Positions 37,401-46,129 are shown, counted from the stretch's first letter. The stretch is DNA of 59,814 bases from an uncultured virus (IMG/VR IMGVR_UViG_3300013004_000031) (IMGVR_UViG_3300013004_000031:62001-121814), one strand, 5' to 3'. Program-made: numbers and translations. Notes: generated from the sequence alone by a model not told the origin.

Positions 37401-38257
37401 ATGAACAAGGATGATTTATCCCTACAACAAATCTACCAAGAAATGGCTCTTTCCAATCTACAAAAGATTGGCAAATGGGATGATAAGAAAAATCGCCATG
37501 GTTATGACAAAGCATCCATTGGGATTTTGTCGTCTCCTGCTGGTTTGAAAAAGCTGGAACAAAAATTTAATAATATTGGTAATTGGGATTTTAATTTATA
37601 TTTCGTCAAGAATCCCAATGCTTGGAAATATGCCGAACAGGGAAAAGTAACCGCTGGTCAACTTCAAGCTAGATTGGGATTGGAAGTTGGAAAAGATTTC
37701 CCCAACCGAAAGGCGATCAGATCACGGTCTTCTTCACAAACAATGCCGCTGCTGAGAAAGTTCCCCTGACCCCATGGACAATCGCTCACAGAATTGGTCA
37801 TGCTTTTGCAAAAACCTTTCGCAATGGTATTGGTTCGAGTAGGGTGGAATGGAATAATGATCAAATTTCAAGAATCCTAAGTAAAATATTGGGATGTTAT
37901 GGAATCCAAAAAGGGTGGTCTGGATTGAGATATTCCGAAGAATATTATATTCGGGACTTGTATCAAAAGATTGGAAAATTCCGCAGTGCGAGAATGAGTA
38001 AGTTAATAAGACCCAATGAATTCTACCACGAAGCATTTGCCTATTGGTTACTACATGATGGGGAACTTGATTTTAACGATCCTCCCCAATATCTGACATC
38101 ATCCAATAAAAAAGCATGGGGTAATCCAACGGGAAGAAATTACATGTTAAAGGATGAGGACGGTGCCACAGAACTTGTTCACCAATTGAGATATGCTCTG
38201 GAGGAAATGTTTCATACCATGGTAGGGGAACATATGGGAGAAATATCCATCATGTGA
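37401..38257 (+). CDS. Late gene split by a -1 frameshift (about 285 aa if joined), HxxxH zincin-like motif
   Basis: TAAATA-N5-ATG; -1 frame continues PQPKGDQITVFFTNN...PWTIAHRIGHA into ORF 37844..38257. Confidence 0.7.
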
Positions 38258-38347
38258 CGATAACCTTCCCTTGCACGATAAACACCGGAACTTTATCGTG
38301 CGGAATCAGGGTATTGACAAAACCAAATATTCTGTTAAGATAAAGCC

Positions 38348-38869
38348 ATGATAAACAAAATCTTCATCGATCTGGACGAGTGTATGCTACATTCGATGCT
38401 TCGTAAACCCAACCAAGAACATATCCAATTCACTCTGGAGAATGATGACAACACCTATTACACCGTCATCCGTCCCTGCGCCCAAGGATTGATTGATTTT
38501 GCACGGGAACTTGTGGGAAAGGATAACGTGTATATCCTAACCACATCCACCACCGATTACGCCAATATGATCAATGAAAAGGCGGGATGGGGATTTGAGA
38601 GGGATCATATCATTGCCAGAGAGGAGATTAAAAGACACCTGATACCCACGGCTTATGGCGGAAGCGCATACATCGAGAAAGAAGGGATTGCTCACAAGGA
38701 CAACGTTCTCATCGACAATCTCCCTTATCGGGAAAACATGGGTAAAGTCACCCTGATTGGAATTAAGGAAGATCGCTATCTGAAGGTGAAAGATTACTGG
38801 GGAGTAAACGGGATTGAAAATTGGTTTGAGGAGGATGTGAGGGAATTCCTGAAGGAAAAAATGGTATGA
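38348..38869 (+). CDS. HAD-superfamily (FCP1/NIF-like) phosphatase
   Basis: IFIDLDECM, IRP, ILTT, VLIDN; TTGACA-16-TAAGAT-6-ATG. Confidence 0.75.
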   Translation: MINKIFIDLDECMLHSMLRKPNQEHIQFTLENDDNTYYTVIRPCAQGLIDFARELVGKDNVYILTTSTTDYANMINEKAGWGFERDHIIAREEIKRHLIPTAYGGSAYIEKEGIAHKDNVLIDNLPYRENMGKVTLIGIKEDRYLKVKDYWGVNGIENWFEEDVREFLKEKMV

Positions 38870-39087
38870 CAAACGAAGAATTAATTAAGAAATGGGAAGC
38901 GGTTCTGGATTATACGGATGGGGAGACTCCTGCTTTGAACGAATTTCAAAGGTTATACAGAGCAACATTGATGGAAAATTGTGAGTTGGATTATTTTAAA
39001 TACGGGAATTATCCTGACCAAGCCCTGTTCGAAATGATTGGCGAAATACGGAGAACAGGTAAGCTACTCAACTCTCCATACGAATAA
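38866..39087 (+). CDS. Small paralog of the major capsid N-terminal segment
   Basis: KWEAVLDY...PAL...ATLMEN aligns with capsid KWRKVLDY...PAI...AMLLEN. Confidence 0.75.
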   Translation: MTNEELIKKWEAVLDYTDGETPALNEFQRLYRATLMENCELDYFKYGNYPDQALFEMIGEIRRTGKLLNSPYE

Positions 39088-39091
39088 TAAT

Positions 39092-39379
39092 ATGAACACA
39101 CTGACACCAAGAATGAAAGAGGCATGGGAAAGCTCATCGAGAACGGCTGATGGGTTTTATTCAACCACAACTCCTATGAGTGTTTATGCTAGAATCTGCT
39201 ATGAAGAAGGATGCAAACTGGAAAACGAACTCGCCGCCGTTACCGCACAGCGCGACATGCTGGCGGAGGCTTTGGGAAGACTAGAAAAAACAGCAGGTTT
39301 GCCAGCATTGCAGGATGACCCAGCAAGAGTTCAAGCACGACAAGCCCTCCAATCCCTAACCCCGAAGGAAGAACCATGA
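39092..39379 (+). CDS. Hypothetical protein
   Basis: MNTLTPRM start after the upstream stop; coiled-coil segment. Confidence 0.6.
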   Translation: MNTLTPRMKEAWESSSRTADGFYSTTTPMSVYARICYEEGCKLENELAAVTAQRDMLAEALGRLEKTAGLPALQDDPARVQARQALQSLTPKEEP

Positions 39380-39761
39380 CCCTAGAACAACAAAGAATTG
39401 CCATCGCGGAAGAATCCGGCAGAGAATAACGAAATCACCATATTGCACGGAGGAGTTCCGGTAGATATCGGAAGTATTTGGGAAAATCGAGAAAAATATA
39501 ATAAAAAAATTTTTTTCAATGGGGGGGAATTTCGATTTTTTATAGAAAAAAAATAAAAATTTATATGTCATATTTTTTCAAATGGTAATTTTTATATTTT
39601 TTATAAAAATAATTTTAGCCATGGCACCCCACCCCATACCCCCCCATCCCTAGTTTTTAAAGCAAATCGAAGTAGCCCCCCCCTAACAGTTAGATATGGC
39701 ATATCTAACAGAAAGCATTTATATATCATTTGCATATCTAACAGATCATATATCATGACAC

Positions 39762-39805
39762 AAAAAAAGCCCCTTGGCATACCTTCAAGAGATATGCCAA
39801 GGGGC
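39762..39805 (-). terminator. Strong intrinsic terminator ending the minus-strand small-gene array
   Basis: GCCCCTTGGCATA/TATGCCAAGGGGC stem followed by T7. Confidence 0.9.
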
Positions 39806-39812
39806 GAGGGGA

Positions 39813-40022
39813 TCAGGCGAAGTCGGCAAGGAACTCTTTCAGGGTGCTGCCGTTGACCGTGACAGTCTCACCGTCATAACAATCAACTTGTGCGTAGAAC
39901 GTGAAGGCTCCCCGCTTGCGGGACATGTAAACGGTTTCGGAATCTTGCGCGTTCCAACGAAACCCCTTCTTTTCAAGGACGGTGACAACGGCAACGAATT
40001 GTGGTAATGTGGTGGTATTCAT
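39813..40022 (-). CDS. Hypothetical protein (array)
   Basis: ATG set by the upstream motif. Confidence 0.7.
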   Translation of the reverse strand: MNTTTLPQFVAVVTVLEKKGFRWNAQDSETVYMSRKRGAFTFYAQVDCYDGETVTVNGSTLKEFLADFA

Positions 40023-40046
40023 GGTAGTAGCATCTTACCCTAGTTT

Positions 40047-40265
40047 TTATAGGGTGATGATCTCCGCATCCTTCAGAGTGGCGGCGAACGCTTGCGCTTC
40101 CTCCAAGGTAGCGTAGCGGGAGAAGCCGAAGGCATCGCAAACCTTGAACTTCTTTGCGTCCTCCTTGGCGCGATAGGCATCGAAGGCTGCGGCTTCTGCG
40201 CGTTGTGCTTCCTCCGATGGAGTGCAGCGTCCGGTGAAGTCATACTCAGGTGTCAGGTATCTCAT
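40047..40265 (-). CDS. Hypothetical protein (array)
   Basis: Motif-bounded at both ends. Confidence 0.75.
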   Translation of the reverse strand: MRYLTPEYDFTGRCTPSEEAQRAEAAAFDAYRAKEDAKKFKVCDAFGFSRYATLEEAQAFAATLKDAEIITL

Positions 40266-40321
40266 GGTAGTAGCATCTTACCCTAGTTTTTATTCTCCAC
40301 AGGCTTTCAGGAAAGTGTCAA

Positions 40322-40609
40322 TCAGTCGCAACCATGCAACATCATCTCGTCCTCATTCATCACTTCATCCTCACTCTCAACATCACGAACAGCGAGGGCA
40401 AACGCTTGTGCGTAATCCATTCCATCCCCTAGTCCACGGTGGATGAAGTTTTCGCCGGAGAAATTCCAATGCCCGATCTCAACTCGAACCTTGGCGAACC
40501 TTGCACAAGCCCAATGAGGTTGGACATCCTTGGAGATGACAGTGAAGGTTTCTTTGTAGCGTGGGGAATAATAGGTGGTGGTCATGGTGGTGTTGATGGT
40601 GTTGGTCAC
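40322..40609 (-). CDS. Hypothetical protein (array)
   Basis: GTG 6 nt after TAAGAT. Confidence 0.7.
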   Translation of the reverse strand: MTNTINTTMTTTYYSPRYKETFTVISKDVQPHWACARFAKVRVEIGHWNFSGENFIHRGLGDGMDYAQAFALAVRDVESEDEVMNEDEMMLHGCD

Positions 40610-40678
40610 AAGGGCATCTTACCCTAGTTTTTAAACGCTAGGACGTTGAGCGTGTCGGATGCGCTCCCCCCGTTTTGA

Positions 40679-40927
40679 TCATGCTTCGTAAGCCATCCAC
40701 GTTCCCGCGTCATATGGCTCCGCATACAGCCCCAAGGACTTCAGGGCTTTCTGGACTTCAGGATGCACCTGCTCGTCGTGGTAGCAGTCGAAGAAGGGCA
40801 TTCCATCCGTGTGAAGATTCCCTTCTTGGCGAAACCAGATGCCGCCTTCCTCCCCATCCCATTCGGTGGTGGATACGGCTTTGATCTTGGGGAACAACTC
40901 ATTCAGCTTGGCGATTTTGTTTTTCAT
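40679..40927 (-). CDS. Hypothetical protein (array)
   Basis: ATG set by motif. Confidence 0.75.
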   Translation of the reverse strand: MKNKIAKLNELFPKIKAVSTTEWDGEEGGIWFRQEGNLHTDGMPFFDCYHDEQVHPEVQKALKSLGLYAEPYDAGTWMAYEA

Positions 40928-40981
40928 GGTGAGGCTATCTTAGGCTAGTTTTTAAAAGGGGGATCGAACCCCTTTCGCTTA

Positions 40982-41269
40982 TCAGATCAGGCTGAAGACC
41001 AGCAACCAGCTTGGACTACCGTCCGGGCCGTGACCGTCAGACTCCACACGCTTACCCGTAGGAGTCTTGCAAACTCCATCCATTCCCCACCGTTCCAAGG
41101 AGGACATCGATGGGGCTTTGAATGCGCTTGTGATACGCACCTGAAGCGGTTCGGGATGCGCTGGCGAGTGAACAAGGCAACGGCTGTCCTTGCCCTCGAT
41201 GAAGGAGACGGGCAAGCCCTTGGCAAGTGTGGAACCGTCTTTGAGTAGGATGTCTTTTTGTGTTTTCAT
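40982..41269 (-). CDS. Hypothetical protein (array)
   Basis: ATG set by motif. Confidence 0.75.
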   Translation of the reverse strand: MKTQKDILLKDGSTLAKGLPVSFIEGKDSRCLVHSPAHPEPLQVRITSAFKAPSMSSLERWGMDGVCKTPTGKRVESDGHGPDGSPSWLLVFSLI

Positions 41270-41293
41270 GGTAGTAGGATTCTAGGCTAGTTT

Positions 41294-41515
41294 TTAACCC
41301 TCGTTGTTATAGGTGGTTGCGTGAGACTTCTTTGTAAAGGCGCGGTATCCGCCACCCACCCGCACAAGGTAACGGTAGTTTGGGTGAGGATTGTCCTTGG
41401 CGTTATTGTCAAACGTGGTGATACCGTTCTCAATGGAAAGGTCAGCATCCATGTCAATCTCATAGGATTGAATGAACACGTTCGGGAACTCTTCGGATTT
41501 GTATCGGGTGATCAT
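41294..41515 (-). CDS. Hypothetical protein (array)
   Basis: Motif-bounded at both ends. Confidence 0.75.
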   Translation of the reverse strand: MITRYKSEEFPNVFIQSYEIDMDADLSIENGITTFDNNAKDNPHPNYRYLVRVGGGYRAFTKKSHATTYNNEG

Positions 41516-41532
41516 GGTGAGGCTATTTTGTG

Positions 41533-41847
41533 CTAGTTTTTATTCGCGTTTTCCCAGAGGGTTTTGATTTCCCATTTGTCCCATATGATTTGATCTTCAT
41601 CGGTGACATCGTTCCCCACGTAGAGAACGGTTTTCCCAAGCTTTGCGGGACGGGTTCCGGTTCCGGGTCGTCCATACAAGCCAGAGGTTTCCCCACAGTA
41701 AAGCGTATGGGTTGCGCCTTGTGCCTTTGACCAGTCACAAGGTGCGCCCCCATAGACTTCATGGGTCTTGCCATAACTCTTTTCACGGACTCCCGTGATG
41801 GAGGTTTTACGGGCGCGGAGGATGTCTTCCAATGGGTAGTTGCTCAT
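41533..41847 (-). CDS. Hypothetical protein (array)
   Basis: Motif-bounded, ends KN-TAG. Confidence 0.75.
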   Translation of the reverse strand: MSNYPLEDILRARKTSITGVREKSYGKTHEVYGGAPCDWSKAQGATHTLYCGETSGLYGRPGTGTRPAKLGKTVLYVGNDVTDEDQIIWDKWEIKTLWENANKN

Positions 41848-42036
41848 GGTGCAATCAGTCTAGGCTAGTTTTTATCAGGCGTATTCTGCTCCGATCAATT
41901 CGTTACCCCAGCGAACGGGGCGACGAGCGAAATTTGAGATGGCAATTGCCTCATCCCTTGTGATGGCATAGGCAAGGACTTGTCCGCTGGCGGTGAATAA
42001 CATATCGTTCATGGTGCAATCAGTCTAGGCTAGTTT

Positions 42037-42135
42037 TTAAAACCACAGATAAAGGAAAAACAGGAGAAGGGCGAAAGGCCACAAGCCATAGGCAAGCAAG
42101 CCGACAATGGCGAGGATAAAAATGAGTTCTTTCAT
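42037..42135 (-). CDS. 32-aa hydrophobic membrane peptide
   Basis: MKELIFILAIVGLLAYGLWPFALLLFFLYLWF, motif-bounded. Confidence 0.6.
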   Translation of the reverse strand: MKELIFILAIVGLLAYGLWPFALLLFFLYLWF

Positions 42136-42195
42136 GTTAGTTTTTAAATGGTTTGCCCCTCCCCGGAACCACCCGGAGAGGGGACTTTTACCATG

Positions 42196-42435
42196 TTACC
42201 CCACGAAAGAGAAACCCGCTTGGGCGATTGCGCCCCGAACCATGCCTTGTTGCTTTGAAGTTGTGACGCTGTAGCGGTCAGGATTGACCCAGAAACCGCC
42301 TTCCACACGCTTGGCAAGGGGGAAGTGGTAGCCATAGCTGTAAAGGGTGTCCCCTTCGATGAACATGCTCTTCAGGCTATTCTTGCCCTTGGTTGCGCCG
42401 GATACGAATGCTTTAACGATTTGTTTGTTGGTCAT
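42196..42435 (-). CDS. Hypothetical protein (array)
   Basis: YSYGYHFPLA...YSVTTSKQQ; motif upstream. Confidence 0.75.
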   Translation of the reverse strand: MTNKQIVKAFVSGATKGKNSLKSMFIEGDTLYSYGYHFPLAKRVEGGFWVNPDRYSVTTSKQQGMVRGAIAQAGFSFVG

Positions 42436-42845
42436 GGTGGTGTGTGTTGTTGGTGTTGGTTACGAGATCAGTCTAGGCTAGTTTTTATCCAACCGTTACC
42501 GTTGTCCCAAAGGGAAGGTGCGCGGTGAATGGAAAGACCTTGGCAATGTCCACCTTGCCATCGCTGGAAAGGGTGAACTTGGAATGGCGGGTGTTTCCGA
42601 CAGTGATGGAGACGAGTATCAGTTTCATGGTGAGGCTATTTTGGTTTAGTTTTTATGCGATGGAGTCGATGAATGCCTTGGCTTCCGTGGTTGTCAAGGT
42701 GTGTCCGATCTTCCGCATGTCAGGGGAATAGATGTCAAATCCATCCCCGATCATGCCCGACTTAATGATTGTATGTGTTTTGTATTTCATGGTGCAGCTA
42801 TCTTACGCTAGTTTTTAAGGGGATTGAACCCTTAGGTTTGTTTGA

Positions 42846-43049
42846 TTAACGGCCATTCAAAACCATCTTAATGGCTTTCACGGTGTCGGGCTTCCACCCG
42901 TAGCAACGGGCATCCGTCTCCAGATTCATGGCGACTCCGAAAGGCATCCCCTTTCCTTGTTGACCAAAGGTGAAGTTCTCCACCGCGATACGTTTGGCCT
43001 TTGGATACTTGGCCATTGCTTTCTCGACTGCTTGTGTGTGTTCGTTCAT
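42846..43049 (-). CDS. Hypothetical protein, paralog of 53631..53837
   Basis: Shared AV.NF...MNL..DAR.YGW...T..AI. Confidence 0.75.
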   Translation of the reverse strand: MNEHTQAVEKAMAKYPKAKRIAVENFTFGQQGKGMPFGVAMNLETDARCYGWKPDTVKAIKMVLNGR

Positions 43050-43073
43050 GGTAATGTGATGTTAGTCTAGTTT

Positions 43074-43445
43074 TTAAGCAAGGCGGGACAACCAGACTTC
43101 GCTCGCCTTTGGCAATCCCCTCTCAGCAATCGCACCGTCCCGCATGACTTCCTTTGTCATGGCTTTTCTTGCGCTTTGAAGGGCTTTGATTTGAGCCAAG
43201 GAAGGGGCGCGATAGCTTGGGAAAACCGCTTGAATCGCCTTCTCTTCCGCTTGCAAGTTGCGGTGATTCTCTTCCGCGCTCTTGAAGGAATCAACATAGG
43301 GCTTAAATGTAAGTAAACGCTTACCTTTCACCTTTTCCCCGTCCTTAAAGAGATTGTAGCATCCTACGCCAAGGGGAACGATGTTCGCTTCACGGGCGGG
43401 GACGATCTTTTCGATTTCAGGTATTATATCAGATATATGTTTCAT
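43074..43445 (-). CDS. Hypothetical protein (array)
   Basis: Motif-bounded. Confidence 0.75.
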   Translation of the reverse strand: MKHISDIIPEIEKIVPAREANIVPLGVGCYNLFKDGEKVKGKRLLTFKPYVDSFKSAEENHRNLQAEEKAIQAVFPSYRAPSLAQIKALQSARKAMTKEVMRDGAIAERGLPKASEVWLSRLA

Positions 43446-43503
43446 GGTAGTAGCAGTTTACGCTAGTTTTTAAAAGGGGGATTGAACCCCTTTCGGGGTT
43501 GGT

Positions 43504-43755
43504 TTAATATCCGGCAAACTTGAATTTCACCTCTCCGAACATATCGTCTTCGAAGTAAAACCAGCCACCCTTAAAGGTTATTTCCTGATGCTCCCAAAGG
43601 ATAGGGAAATCGGTGGATACCTCATCGAAAAGGATGAAATGGGGAGGAGTTCCAAACTCATCGGCGGGGTGATATTCAAATTGTCCCAGAACGATGTTGC
43701 CATCGACATAGGTTTCAACTGCGATGGGGGCGGTGCTTGTTAGTTGTATTTTCAT
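43504..43755 (-). CDS. Hypothetical protein (array)
   Basis: ATG set by motif. Confidence 0.7.
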   Translation of the reverse strand: MKIQLTSTAPIAVETYVDGNIVLGQFEYHPADEFGTPPHFILFDEVSTDFPILWEHQEITFKGGWFYFEDDMFGEVKFKFAGY

Positions 43756-43779
43756 AACGAGACGATCTTACTCTAGTTT

Positions 43780-43863
43780 TTATCCAATCAGGATGAACAG
43801 GATGATGGGGGTGAACGCGAACAGGAAGAACGCAGCGAGGGTGTCAAGGATGAGTTGTTTCAT
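43780..43863 (-). CDS. 27-aa hydrophobic membrane peptide
   Basis: MKQLILDTLAAFFLFAFTPIILFILIG, motif-bounded. Confidence 0.6.
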   Translation of the reverse strand: MKQLILDTLAAFFLFAFTPIILFILIG

Positions 43864-43887
43864 GGTGCAGCTATCTTAATCTAGTTT

Positions 43888-44082
43888 TTAAGAGAAGAGT
43901 CTGTCCACATGGCGAACAATCCAAGGCTGGTTTCTGTCCTTCTCGATGGCAGCAAAGATTTCCTTGCCCTTGTGCATCACCCGGACAGTCCCGGCTTGCC
44001 AGTCCTTTTCCACGGGCAGTCCCGCGCTTTCCAGAGCTTTTACCATTGCTTTAACGTGTTCTTTTGTAAGTAATTTGGTCAT
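43888..44082 (-). CDS. Hypothetical protein (array)
   Basis: Motif-bounded. Confidence 0.75.
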   Translation of the reverse strand: MTKLLTKEHVKAMVKALESAGLPVEKDWQAGTVRVMHKGKEIFAAIEKDRNQPWIVRHVDRLFS

Positions 44083-44103
44083 GGTTAAATCTTAGTCTAG
44101 TTT

Positions 44104-44286
44104 TTATTCCTCTTCTTCCTCTTCTTCCTCGTCCTCTTCTTCTTCCTCGATGAATCCTTCGCGCTCGCAAAGGTCTTGAACATCGGCTTCCGACATGTAG
44201 GAGCAGAAGGCACTGATCACGGTATCCTTATCAAGAATACCCTCTTCGATCATTTCAAGCAGTTGGTTTGTGTATTGTCTGGTCAT
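44104..44286 (-). CDS. Small acidic protein with a poly-Glu tail
   Basis: Motif-bounded; C-terminal run of Glu/Asp. Confidence 0.75.
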   Translation of the reverse strand: MTRQYTNQLLEMIEEGILDKDTVISAFCSYMSEADVQDLCEREGFIEEEEEDEEEEEEEE

Positions 44287-44307
44287 GGTGTTATCTTAAT
44301 CTAGTTT

Positions 44308-44499
44308 TTAAACGATCACATATTCCCCGCGCTCCAATAGAACCCCCACAGGATCATCCTTTCGCTCATGGATAAAAATCAATCCTTTTTCCTTCCAATC
44401 GGGTTGATTGGTGGCATGGGAGAATCCATAGGTCTTGCGAACATCAAGAACAATATCAGTTCCCAACAGCTTGTAATTATGTAGTGGCTTTGCTTTCAT
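44308..44499 (-). CDS. Hypothetical protein (array)
   Basis: Motif-bounded. Confidence 0.75.
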   Translation of the reverse strand: MKAKPLHNYKLLGTDIVLDVRKTYGFSHATNQPDWKEKGLIFIHERKDDPVGVLLERGEYVIV

Positions 44500-44506
44500 G
44501 GTGAGG

Positions 44507-44719
44507 CTATCTTACGCTAGTTTTTATCGCTTCAAATTCATTTGAATATTTTCGCTCATCCGCATTCACCCTTGCCATTTCAGCAAGGACAAAATCCTCG
44601 ACAAGTTGCGTTTGCTCTCCCGTGATAATGCCTTGTTTGTAAAGGTTGTATGCAAGGAACTCAAAGGTCGTGGTGAGCTTTCCAACAAGATATGGGTAAC
44701 AGATAGGTGCTTCGTTCAT
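44507..44719 (-). CDS. Hypothetical protein (array)
   Basis: ATG set by motif; reads through the next motif. Confidence 0.7.
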   Translation of the reverse strand: MNEAPICYPYLVGKLTTTFEFLAYNLYKQGIITGEQTQLVEDFVLAEMARVNADERKYSNEFEAIKTSVR

Positions 44720-44980
44720 AGTGACAATATCTTAGGCTAGTTTTTAAATGGTATCACAACCCGCCTTCGGTTATGTTCAGATGTTGAATAGGTTGAGGAT
44801 CTCAACTTTCATGTTTTCCAGATACGCATCCATGTGTTCCGCATCGTATTCCATGGAGACTTCCATCTCAAAGTAATTGGAGATTTCATTTTGATATTGC
44901 AGAATGATATCTGCGATTTTTTCTTTCATGCTGTCAGTGTTTTGTGGCGTGTTCATGGTGACAATATCTTAGGCTAGTTT

Positions 44981-45223
44981 TTAAATGAATTGGGCTACTA
45001 CTGTGGAGCTTCCTACCAATTCTTCCTTGAAAAAGCAGTCATTTCTATCAGAATTCCATCCACTGAAAAGGAACTTTCGCCCCTCGTAGGTGAGAACTTT
45101 CTTACTAATTTTCTTTACATCATCCCATCCGTTAGGGACTTCGATATAAAGCCATCCACGCCCATCGGTGGAAACACGGTAATCTGCTTTGATTTCTTTC
45201 GGGTTAATGGTGATGTTGGACAT
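44981..45223 (-). CDS. Hypothetical protein, paralog of 51637..51876
   Basis: Shared P.GWDDVKK..KKVLT.EGRKF...GWNSDRN. Confidence 0.8.
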   Translation of the reverse strand: MSNITINPKEIKADYRVSTDGRGWLYIEVPNGWDDVKKISKKVLTYEGRKFLFSGWNSDRNDCFFKEELVGSSTVVAQFI

Positions 45224-45249
45224 GGCTAAATCTTAATCTAGTTTTTAAA

Positions 45250-45324
45250 TGGTGGAGCGTGTAGGAATCGAACCTACATTGGAGGTGTAGAAAACCTCAG
45301 TCCTATCCGTTGAACGAACGCTCC
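45250..45324 (-). tRNA. tRNA-Arg(UCU)
   Basis: GGAGCGT/ACGCTCC-A-CCA; GAGGT-TT TCT AC-ACCTC. Confidence 0.9.
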
Positions 45325-45347
45325 GATTTTGTGTTAGTTTTTAAGAG

Positions 45348-45423
45348 TGGTGCGCCCGAATGGATTTGAACCATTGACCCGCCGATTATGAGTCGGATGC
45401 TCTAACCACTGAGCTACAAGCGC
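45348..45423 (-). tRNA. tRNA-CAU, probably Ile2 (lysidine type)
   Basis: TAGCTCAGTGGTTAGAGCA..CGACTCATAATCG pattern of bacterial Ile2; CCA end. Confidence 0.8.
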
Positions 45424-45451
45424 ATTTTGTTCCACGTGGAACATTGAAAGG

Positions 45452-45534
45452 TGCTTCGGAAGGGACTTGAACCCTTACGCCATTACTGGCAACGGATTTT
45501 AAGTCCGTAGTGTCTGCCATTCCACCACCAAAGC
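45452..45534 (-). tRNA. tRNA-Leu(UAA)
   Basis: ACGGA-CT TAA AA-TCCGT, long variable arm, GTTCAAG; incomplete CCA. Confidence 0.9.
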
Positions 45535-45796
45535 ATGAGACTTTATTTAACGATTCCGTTGTGATAGTCAATCATGTCTTGGATATCGGATTCGGTCATT
45601 GTTTCGTTCATGGTGCTATTTTGGTTTAGTTTTTATCAGTGTCCCATAGCAACCTTGAATCCATATTGGTAATATCCACCAGTATCCAATTCGGAAATAA
45701 TTACGTCTTTCGTCCACACACCGTTCCATTCCATGTGATAGACTTGTCCTAACGTCATTATTCTAAATTTTGTCGTTATCATAGCTTTATTCTGCG

Positions 45797-45988
45797 CTAG
45801 TTTTTATCGTGTTCCTTTTGCGATTTCAGCATGATGATCGGCTTGATACTTTCCGGCGCATATTGTGATTGTGCCTTGAAAAATCCCACCCAATCCCCGA
45901 ATTTGTCGATCAGCTTTTGCTTTTGCTCGTCGGTGATGAAGTCGCCTTTCATATACATTCCCGCTTTTGAATTGTCCTTGTTTCGCAT
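45797..45988 (-). CDS. Hypothetical protein (array)
   Basis: Ends KN-TAG inside the motif. Confidence 0.65.
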   Translation of the reverse strand: MRNKDNSKAGMYMKGDFITDEQKQKLIDKFGDWVGFFKAQSQYAPESIKPIIMLKSQKEHDKN

Positions 45989-46129
45989 GATTCCGCTTTC
46001 ATGATATCGAAATCCGATATTGCAAGCGAAGGAAATAAAGTCTTATTCCGTTGGTTTTCTTTTCATGTCAAAATCTTACGCTAGTTTTTAAAACCAATTG
46101 CCTCCATCCTTTCGTATTCCCCTATCCCA

